NCBI GenBank assembly: GCA_946630785.1
Contig: CAMOZC010000003.1
Coordinates: forward strand, 78-32,077
From: an uncultured Clostridia bacterium
GTDB taxonomy: Bacteria; Bacillota; Clostridia; Christensenellales; UBA1242
DNA: 32,000 nucleotides
Direction: 5' to 3'
Below the pieces are notes generated by a model. The model was not told where the DNA came from. It saw only the letters and a list, made by a program, of their open reading frames with translations, and searched no databases. A program made the translations under genes and the position numbers. Within the stretch, counting starts at the first letter, position 1, and each line of letters opens with the position of its first letter. Positions 8,081-14,994 of the stretch are shown here, one piece after another.

Positions 8081-9817
8081 ATGGACAAAATATTAAATCA
8101 TACGGCCGCACATGTCTTGGCGTATGCCGTAAAAAACATTTACCCAAATACGAAATTAGCGATTGGACCTGCTACAGATTCAGGTTTCTATTATGACTTT
8201 GATTTTGCAACACCAATTAAAGATGAAGATTTGGCAAAGATTGAAGCCGAAATGGCTCGCATCATTAAAGAAGACTTTACGGTAGAACGTAAAGAAGTAA
8301 CGCGTGCTGAAGCAACACGTATCATTAATAAAAATAAAGAAATTTACAAAGTAGAATTATTACACGATATTCCACGTGGTGAAACTATCTCAATGTATAC
8401 TATTGGCAATTTTACTGATTTATGCGCTGGTCCGCATGTTGACCGTTTGAGTAAAATTAAAGCATTTAAGTTGACTCAAATTACTGGTGCTTATTGGCGT
8501 GGTGATGAAAAGAATAAAATGTTGACCCGTATTTACGGTGTCGCTTTTGCTAAGAAAAGTGAATTAGAAGCTTATAATCTTTGGCAAGAAGAAGTTAAGA
8601 AACGTGACCACAATAAAATTTGTCGTGAATTAGGTTACTATACTTCATCTGAATTGGTAGGACAAGGTTTGCCACTGTTTACGCCAGAAGGTTCAACAAT
8701 CTTGCGTATTATGCAACGATTCGTTGAGGATGAAGAAATTCGCCGTGGTTATTTACACGTTAAGACACCTTCATTTGCTAAGAGTGATTTATATAAAGTT
8801 AGTGGACATTGGCAACATTATAAAGATTCAATGTTCTTGATTGGTGATGAAGTTTTAAACGACAACGTAATGGCTTTACGTCCAATGACTTGCCCAATGC
8901 ACATTTTGTTGTATCGTAGCGAATTACGTTCTTATAAGGATTTGCCAATGCGCTTTGCGGAAACGGCAAAACAATTCCGTAACGAAAATAGTGGTGAAAT
9001 GCATGGCTTGATTCGTTTACGTGAATACACTTTGAGTGATGGACATATCATCGTTCGTCCAGATCAAATTCAACAAGTCATCGATGAATGTATGGATTTG
9101 ACTAAGTATTTCTTGCAAGTCTTAAAGATGGAAGATGATGTTTCCATTCGTTTGTCAAAATGGGATCCAAACAATAAAGCAAAGTATATTGATTTACCAG
9201 ATGCTTGGGAATGGAGCCAAAATGAAATTCGTAACGCTTTGAAAGCACATAACTTGAAATTTACGGAAGCCGACGGGGAAGCAGCTTTCTATGGACCAAA
9301 AATTGATATCCAAGCCAAGAATACTTATGGTAAGGAAGATACTTTGTTTACGATTCAATTAGACTTTGCTTTGTCTGAACGTTTTGGTTTGACTTACATT
9401 GATGAAAACGGCAAGAAAGCTAAACCATACTTGATTCACCGTTCATCAATTGGTTGTTATGAACGTACCTTGGCTATGTTGATTGAAAAAACAATGGGTG
9501 CTTTGCCTGTTTGGTTGTCACCAACTCAAGTTCGCGTTTTGAATATTACCAATGCGCAAGACGAGTATTGTGAGCAAGTTAAACGCACTTTGATGGCTGC
9601 TGATATTCGTACAGCAACTGATTTGCGTAACGAAAAGATTGGTTTGAAAATTCGTGAAGCAACTTTAAAGAAAATCCCATATTGCTTAATTATTGGTGCG
9701 AAAGAACAAGAAGCCAACAAGGTTGCTGTTCGTACACGTGAAGGTCAAGATTTAGGACAAATGTCTCTGGACGAATTTATCGCGCTTGTCAAAAAACAAG
9801 TGAAGGAATTTAACTAA
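8081..9817 (+). CDS. thrS: threonine--tRNA ligase lacking the N-terminal TGS domain (alternative start ATG 8072)
   Basis: Starts directly at the editing-domain motif HTAAHVLAYAVKNIYPNTKLAIGPATDSGFYYDFD. Class II core (FRNENSGEMHGLIRLREYTLSDGH) and anticodon-binding domain present. Confidence 0.95.
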   Translation: MDKILNHTAAHVLAYAVKNIYPNTKLAIGPATDSGFYYDFDFATPIKDEDLAKIEAEMARIIKEDFTVERKEVTRAEATRIINKNKEIYKVELLHDIPRGETISMYTIGNFTDLCAGPHVDRLSKIKAFKLTQITGAYWRGDEKNKMLTRIYGVAFAKKSELEAYNLWQEEVKKRDHNKICRELGYYTSSELVGQGLPLFTPEGSTILRIMQRFVEDEEIRRGYLHVKTPSFAKSDLYKVSGHWQHYKDSMFLIGDEVLNDNVMALRPMTCPMHILLYRSELRSYKDLPMRFAETAKQFRNENSGEMHGLIRLREYTLSDGHIIVRPDQIQQVIDECMDLTKYFLQVLKMEDDVSIRLSKWDPNNKAKYIDLPDAWEWSQNEIRNALKAHNLKFTEADGEAAFYGPKIDIQAKNTYGKEDTLFTIQLDFALSERFGLTYIDENGKKAKPYLIHRSSIGCYERTLAMLIEKTMGALPVWLSPTQVRVLNITNAQDEYCEQVKRTLMAADIRTATDLRNEKIGLKIREATLKKIPYCLIIGAKEQEANKVAVRTREGQDLGQMSLDEFIALVKKQVKEFN

Positions 9818-10308
9818 TGTTGGTAGCCATTGGCACAGTTTTGAAACCACGTGGATTGCAGGGCGAATTAAAGGTTGAGATTACTTATAATCGCCCAGCG
9901 GTCTTTAATGAGTTAACTACGGTAGTTCTAAATGGACGTACTTATGAAGTTGCGCGCGGCAGTGTGCAAAATGGTTTTGCATACTTGCGCTTAGTTGGTG
10001 TTGATTCAATTGAAAAAGCGGAAAAATTCCGTAATCAAACTGTTAAGGTTGAAAGCGGTGATTTACATTTGCAGGATAACGAAGTTTTATCCAGTGATTT
10101 AATTGGCTTTGAAGTTGTACATAAAGGCAAAAAAATTGGCACGATAGCGTCGATTGAAAATTATGGTGCCAGTGACTTTTTTGAGATTGCCGTTGATGGA
10201 CAAGGTTTTGTGTTGTTGCCAAATGAAGATGATTTTATTGCTGAAACAAACATGACCACACATACATTGGTTTTAACACCAAATGCGCTGGAATCGGAGC
10301 TGGTTTAA
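9817..10308 (+). CDS. rimM: 16S rRNA processing protein RimM
   Basis: LKPRGLQGELKV N-terminus and PRC-barrel-like C-terminus. TAATG overlap with thrS, directly upstream of trmD. Confidence 0.85.
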   Translation: MLVAIGTVLKPRGLQGELKVEITYNRPAVFNELTTVVLNGRTYEVARGSVQNGFAYLRLVGVDSIEKAEKFRNQTVKVESGDLHLQDNEVLSSDLIGFEVVHKGKKIGTIASIENYGASDFFEIAVDGQGFVLLPNEDDFIAETNMTTHTLVLTPNALESELV

Positions 10309-10970
10309 TGCGTTGGACGATTTTAACTTTGTTTCCGGAAATGTTTGTGCCGCTTAAAACCAGTATTTTGGGGCGTGCCAGCAAGGCTGGTAAGTTGCAA
10401 ATTGAAATGGTAAATTTCCGTGATTACACGGTGGATAAACATCGTAAAGTAGATGACCATTCTTATTCACCCGGAGCGGGCTTGGTTTTGGCTTGTCAAC
10501 CGATTGCGGATTGTTTAAAAGCAATTGACCCTGAACATAAAGCACACCGTATATTCATGACGCCAGCAGCGCCAATTTTATCGCAAGACCGCGTGGTTGA
10601 ATTGTCGCATTATGAACATATTATTGTACTCTGTGGCCATTACGAAGGCGTGGACCAACGTGTGATTGATGCGTGTTTTGATGAGGTTATTTCCATCGGT
10701 GAATATGTTTTAACTGGTGGGGAAATTCCTGCCATGGTTTTGGTGGATGCAGTATCACGCTATGTAGACGGTGTAATTAATCAAGATAGTTTAACGATGG
10801 AAAGTTATGTTGACGGTAAATTAGAATATCCACAATACACACGTCCACGTGTTTGGAATGGAATGGCTGTACCCGAAGTTTTGTTTTCTGGCAATCATGC
10901 CGCGATTCAAAAATGGAAAGATGAAGCCAGTGCGGCAGTGACCGAAAAATATCGTCCAAAGAAAAAATAA
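10308..10970 (+). CDS. trmD: tRNA (guanine37-N1)-methyltransferase
   Basis: ILTLFPEMF, HYEGVDQRV, VLTGGEIPAMVLVDAVSRY are TrmD signature segments. Confidence 0.95.
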   Translation: MRWTILTLFPEMFVPLKTSILGRASKAGKLQIEMVNFRDYTVDKHRKVDDHSYSPGAGLVLACQPIADCLKAIDPEHKAHRIFMTPAAPILSQDRVVELSHYEHIIVLCGHYEGVDQRVIDACFDEVISIGEYVLTGGEIPAMVLVDAVSRYVDGVINQDSLTMESYVDGKLEYPQYTRPRVWNGMAVPEVLFSGNHAAIQKWKDEASAAVTEKYRPKKK

Positions 10971-11002
10971 AATTAATACTGATTTAAGTAATTATCAAGA
11001 AG

Positions 11003-11034
11003 GCAAGCAAGATAAAATTGCTTGCTTTTCTTTT
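11003..11034 (+). terminator. Rho-independent terminator after trmD
   Basis: GCAAGCAA-gataaaa-TTGCTTGC followed by TTTTCTTTT. Confidence 0.7.
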
Positions 11035-11075
11035 GAGTTGAAAGATAAAATGTAATATTGAAAGGAAAGTAAGCA

Positions 11076-11921
11076 ATGAGCGAAAACGAAAACATCAAAC
11101 TTAACATTAACTGGTTTCCGGGTCATATGGCGCAAACATTGAAGATGATTGATGCCGAACTGAAAATTTGTGATGCGATTATTTATGTTGTGGATGCACG
11201 TTGTCCGCAATCTTGTATTAATCCTCAGTTTGATGATTTCGTTGGCCGTAAGCCAGTGTTGTTTGTTTTAAATAAAATTGATTTGGCAACCAATGGTGTG
11301 AAAGAACAGTTTACGCAATCTTTACAATTAAAAACACCTTATGCTGTAATTACGCGCAACTCGGTAAAAAGCGGTGGTGCCGAAGCGGTGGTTAAAGCAT
11401 TGCAGAAATTATTGGCGGAACGTATTCAAGCCAAGATGGCTCACGGTATTATGAAAACTTTGCGTGTGGCTGTGATTGGCGTCACTAACTGCGGTAAATC
11501 AACGTTTATTAATAACATGACCAATAAAGGTAAGACGCAAACTGGAAACCGACCAGGGGTTACTCGTACTAAACAGTGGGTGCCAATTACGGATAATTTG
11601 TGGTTGTTAGATACGCCAGGTACTTTGTGGCCCGCATTTACCAACCAGCAAGTTGCACGCAATCTGGCTTATGTCGGTTCGATTAAGGACGATATATTGG
11701 ATACTGTTGCTTTAAGTCAGTCATTACTGGTAGATTTGACTAAATTACAACCTGATGCAATTAGCGCCCGTTTTGGAGTGACTAGCTTTGAGGAAATTGC
11801 CAAAAAGCGTGGTTGTTTGTTGCGTGGTGGAATTTTGGATACTCGTCGTGCGGCCAAGATGATTCTTTCAGAATTCCGTGAAGGAAAGATTGGTAAGTTT
11901 AATTTGGATAAATTATTATGA
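11076..11921 (+). CDS. rbgA: ribosome biogenesis GTPase A (YlqF/RbgA, circularly permuted GTPase)
   Basis: INWFPGHMAQ, then G4 NKIDLA preceding G1 GVTNCGKSTFIN and DTPG, the permuted order typical of RbgA. Confidence 0.85.
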   Translation: MSENENIKLNINWFPGHMAQTLKMIDAELKICDAIIYVVDARCPQSCINPQFDDFVGRKPVLFVLNKIDLATNGVKEQFTQSLQLKTPYAVITRNSVKSGGAEAVVKALQKLLAERIQAKMAHGIMKTLRVAVIGVTNCGKSTFINNMTNKGKTQTGNRPGVTRTKQWVPITDNLWLLDTPGTLWPAFTNQQVARNLAYVGSIKDDILDTVALSQSLLVDLTKLQPDAISARFGVTSFEEIAKKRGCLLRGGILDTRRAAKMILSEFREGKIGKFNLDKLL

Positions 11922-12274
11922 ACGAAAAACAAACCTTAACCAAAGAGTTCGGTCAGTATGGGGAAGATTTAGCTACTCAATATTGTCGCAAACATAATTT
12001 TAAAATTCTTGTGCGTAATTACCGTTGTCGCTATGGAGAAGTGGATATCATTGCACAATGTGATAATGTCTTACATTTTATTGAAGTTAAGAATCGTTCG
12101 CATGATTTGATTCCTGGACGTTATGCAGTTAATGCTGGTAAACAACGTCATATTCGTCAGGTAGCCAAACATTATTTAGTGCAACATAATTTGTTGAACC
12201 AATCTTTAATTTCATTTGATGTAATTGAAATTACTGATGGTAATTTGGAATTTTTAGAAAATTGCTTTTATTAA
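11918..12274 (+). CDS. yraN: YraN-family (UPF0102) endonuclease-like protein
   Basis: GEDLATQY...YRCRYGEVDIIA...FIEVK pattern of UPF0102. ATGA overlap with rbgA. Confidence 0.75.
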   Translation: MNEKQTLTKEFGQYGEDLATQYCRKHNFKILVRNYRCRYGEVDIIAQCDNVLHFIEVKNRSHDLIPGRYAVNAGKQRHIRQVAKHYLVQHNLLNQSLISFDVIEITDGNLEFLENCFY

Positions 12275-12930
12275 AAACGAGCCAGTAAAAGTAAATCAAA
12301 TGTGTTGGTAGCGTTGCAGTTGGCTGCGATGTTACGTGTGATTTTAGCTAAGGCTTGATAAATACGTAATTTCTTTTCCACTGTAAAGTCGGCTAGTGAT
12401 AATTCATGATTGAGTGCATATAAAGCCAAAGTTAAATTTTCTGGCTTACTTAAAATTGGCAAACATGACAATGCCGTGTCAATCGTGTTTGCGGTCATAA
12501 ATTGATGTGCAGCCTTTTTGATGTCCGTGGTATCAGGATTGCTGGTTTCTAATTGTTGTATGGTTTTGTTTTCTTTGGTCTGGTGATATTTAATCATACA
12601 GCGGCTGCGAATGGTTGGTAATATACGGTCAAGATTCTGGCAGAGAAATAACACAGTTGTGTTGCTGGCTTCTTCAATGGTTTTTAATAATTTGTTTTGA
12701 GCACTGGTGTTCATTAATTCGGCTTGAAAAACGATAAATAATTTCTTGTCGGCAACTGCGGATAAATTAGATTGGTTAATCATGTCGTTAATAACATCTA
12801 CGGTAATTTCTTTTTTATCAGAAGATTTTTTAACCCAAAAAACATCACTTGGATTATATGATTTTGCGTATTCTAAAGCGTCTTGCTCCGCACTGACTGG
12901 GTCAGTAGTAACTATCAAATAATTCATCAA
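12271..12930 (-). CDS. holB: DNA polymerase III delta-prime-like subunit, short form without P-loop
   Basis: KLFIVFQAELMNTSAQNKLLKTIEEASNTTVLFLCQNLDRILPTIRSRC matches the clamp-loader box VII/SRC region. Follows tmk as in Bacillus. Only 219 aa, no GxxGxGK. Confidence 0.6.
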   Translation of the reverse strand: MMNYLIVTTDPVSAEQDALEYAKSYNPSDVFWVKKSSDKKEITVDVINDMINQSNLSAVADKKLFIVFQAELMNTSAQNKLLKTIEEASNTTVLFLCQNLDRILPTIRSRCMIKYHQTKENKTIQQLETSNPDTTDIKKAAHQFMTANTIDTALSCLPILSKPENLTLALYALNHELSLADFTVEKKLRIYQALAKITRNIAANCNATNTFDLLLLARF

Positions 12931-13592
12931 ATCTCCAATGCAGCCTTGATTTTTTCGTGAATCTCATCTGGTGTTAAGATTTCACCAAAATCATTAAGGC
13001 ATTGAATTCTGGACCAACCGAAAAGCTCACAGGCTTCAATACCAGCGTTGTAGGCGTTTGATAAATGGTTATAATTGGCTTCGTGAATATCTTTTTCATA
13101 TTGGTCACCAATTTTTAGTTGTCCACGTTTACTGATTAATTCCATCGCTTTGGTGGCAGGTAAATCCAAGAAAATTACTTTGTCTGTGCGTGGAAGTTTT
13201 AAAATATTAAATTCAAAATCATCGAGCCAGCGGACAAAATTTTCACGTTCTTTGCGACCTTGAATTTTGCCTGCTTGGTGCAACATGTTTGATTGTACGT
13301 AGCGGTCAAAGAGAATAATCGCATCTGGTTTTAGTTGTGGCAATAATTTAGTCATTTTACAAATACGGTCAGTTGCAAACAATGTGCTGGCTTGATAGGC
13401 ATCTAAAACATTTGGGTCGTCACCGAACTCGCCAGATAAATACATTTTAATTGGTGCCGAACTTGGACTGTCATAATCGGGGAAGGAAACAATGTGAACG
13501 TCCGCACCTTTGGCTTTTAAATAGTCGTATAATTTTTTGATTTGAGTTTTTTTACCAGAACCATCAGTTCCTTCAATTGCATAAAATTTCAT
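12927..13592 (-). CDS. tmk: thymidylate kinase
   Basis: MKFYAIEGTDGSGKKTQ P-loop at the chosen ATG (13592). The 34-codon upstream extension in the ORF track overlaps spmA and is not homologous. Confidence 0.9.
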   Translation of the reverse strand: MKFYAIEGTDGSGKKTQIKKLYDYLKAKGADVHIVSFPDYDSPSSAPIKMYLSGEFGDDPNVLDAYQASTLFATDRICKMTKLLPQLKPDAIILFDRYVQSNMLHQAGKIQGRKERENFVRWLDDFEFNILKLPRTDKVIFLDLPATKAMELISKRGQLKIGDQYEKDIHEANYNHLSNAYNAGIEACELFGWSRIQCLNDFGEILTPDEIHEKIKAALEI

Positions 13593-13624
13593 AACAACTT
13601 TATTATAAAGCATAATTATGGAAA

Positions 13625-14197
13625 ATGGCACTAATTTTTTTAGTGATGATGATTGCCTCGTGTGTTTGGTTATTGTTTCAAAAACCAGATGCAATTTTGG
13701 TTACGGCACTGAATGCTGTTAATGAATCGTTATTGTTGGCGGTAACCTTGGCGGGAATTTATATCTTTTGGATGGCAATTGCGGAAATTGCAACTCGGGC
13801 GGGCTTGATTGAAAAAATTGCTAAATTTTTAAAAAAGCCGATTAGATTTTTGTTTGGTAAACAAACGGACGAAGTTAACTCTTATGTGGCGACAAATATT
13901 GCAGCTAATATGATTGGAGCATCGGGAGCCGCAACTCCGGCCGCAATTGCAGCAATCGAAAAAATGGCGACTCCAAAACAAACTCAAGCATCAACGCCAA
14001 TGATTATGTTATTTATTTTGGCCGCTACGTCTCTGCAGTTAATTCCGACCACAATTATTGGTATCTTACAGGCCAATGGTAGTGCTAATCCAGCAAGAAT
14101 TATTTTGCCAACATTTTTAGTGTCGTTGGCTTCCACTGTTTTGGGAATTGTATTAGTAAAATGCTTTTGTCGTGAACGCAAAAAGGACGTTGAATAA
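13625..14197 (+). CDS. spmA: nucleoside-recognition (Gate) domain membrane protein, SpmA-like
   Basis: Size and segment FWMAIAEIATRAGLIEKIAKFLKKPIRFLF resemble B. subtilis SpmA. Paired with a SpmB-like gene. Confidence 0.7.
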   Translation: MALIFLVMMIASCVWLLFQKPDAILVTALNAVNESLLLAVTLAGIYIFWMAIAEIATRAGLIEKIAKFLKKPIRFLFGKQTDEVNSYVATNIAANMIGASGAATPAAIAAIEKMATPKQTQASTPMIMLFILAATSLQLIPTTIIGILQANGSANPARIILPTFLVSLASTVLGIVLVKCFCRERKKDVE

Positions 14198-14703
14198 TGG
14201 CGTTATACATTGTTCCGTTATTCATTATCCTTATCTTTGTCTATGCCGGTTTTAAAGGTACTGATACCTATGGCGCGTTTGTTAAAGGCGCCAAGAATGC
14301 GATTGCTTTGATTTGGGACATTTTACCTTACATTGTTGCCATTTTAGTGGCGGTGAAATTATTTGAAGCTTCTGGATTATTAATGGCAATCTGTGATGTT
14401 GTTGCTCCTGTGTTTCGTGTTCTGGGAATTCCCAGTGAATTAGTGCATTTCGTGTTTCTGAAGCCGTTTAGTGGGGCGGGGTCAATTGCGCTGTATAATG
14501 AGATTGTTGCCGCATATGGTCCAGACAGTTATATTTCCCGTGTGGCTAGTATTATTGCTGGAAGTAGTGATACGGTGTTTTATATTGCAACCATTTACTT
14601 TTCTAAAACCAATATCAAGAAACTGGGGTTGGCAATTCCCATCGCTTTGTTTTGTACTTTCTTTTCGGCGGTACTGGCTGCGTGGGTTTGTCGAATTTTT
14701 TGA
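14197..14703 (+). CDS. spmB: nucleoside-recognition domain membrane protein, SpmB-like
   Basis: 168-aa polytopic protein, TAATG-coupled to spmA. PFSGAGSIAL...GSSDTVFYI pattern of SpmB. Confidence 0.7.
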   Translation: MALYIVPLFIILIFVYAGFKGTDTYGAFVKGAKNAIALIWDILPYIVAILVAVKLFEASGLLMAICDVVAPVFRVLGIPSELVHFVFLKPFSGAGSIALYNEIVAAYGPDSYISRVASIIAGSSDTVFYIATIYFSKTNIKKLGLAIPIALFCTFFSAVLAAWVCRIF

Positions 14704-14718
14704 TTAATAAATTAATAT

Positions 14719-14747
14719 TTGCATTTTGCCATGTGGTATGTTATGAT
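14719..14747 (+). promoter_or_regulatory. SigA-type promoter of tRNA-Phe: TTGCAT-17-TATGAT
   Basis: TTGCAT 14719-14724, 17-nt spacer, TATGAT 14742-14747, 11 nt to the tRNA 5' end. Confidence 0.6.
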
Positions 14748-14758
14748 AATAAAGTTAA

Positions 14759-14834
14759 GCCTTCGTAGCTCAGTCGGTAGAGCAAAGGACTGAAAATCCT
14801 TGTGTCCGTGGTTCGATTCCGCGCGAAGGCACCA
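14759..14834 (+). tRNA. tRNA-Phe (anticodon GAA)
   Basis: 76-nt cloverleaf. GCCTTCG/CGAAGGC acceptor, GCTC/GAGC D stem, AAGGA-CTGAAAA-TCCTT anticodon arm, CGTGG-TTCGATT-CCGCG T arm, encoded CCA. Confidence 0.95.
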
Positions 14835-14843
14835 AGTCATTAA

Positions 14844-14878
14844 ATCTAGTGTTACCACTAGATTTTTTTATTTTTTTT
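14844..14878 (+). terminator. Rho-independent terminator after tRNA-Phe
   Basis: ATCTAGTG-ttac-CACTAGAT followed by TTTTTTTATTTTTTTT. Confidence 0.8.
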
Positions 14879-14994
14879 ACATGAAATTTTAGAGTCAATA
14901 TTTAAATTGATAGGGATGGGTTTATAAAAAAAATTACTGAACTGATTTGCCGTTTTGTATTGCGTTTTGGTGTGTTTTATGGTACCATTACAAC

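Noticed and set aside
10995-11210. 71-aa minus-strand ORF spanning the trmD terminator and the rbgA start
   Set aside because: It overlaps a terminator hairpin and the 5' end of rbgA in antisense, with no start context or recognisable product.
13593-13694. 34-codon N-terminal extension of tmk suggested by the ORF track
   Set aside because: The extension overlaps the spmA start on the other strand and has no kinase similarity. The canonical P-loop N-terminus MKFYAIEGTDGSGK starts at the ATG at 13592.
14947-14994. TTG start giving MPFCIAFWCVLWYHYN leader on the orphan protein (possible signal peptide)
   Set aside because: No SD, a rare start codon, and the 16 residues are too short and lack a charged n-region for a signal peptide. 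ATG 14995 is preferred, though this is not proven.
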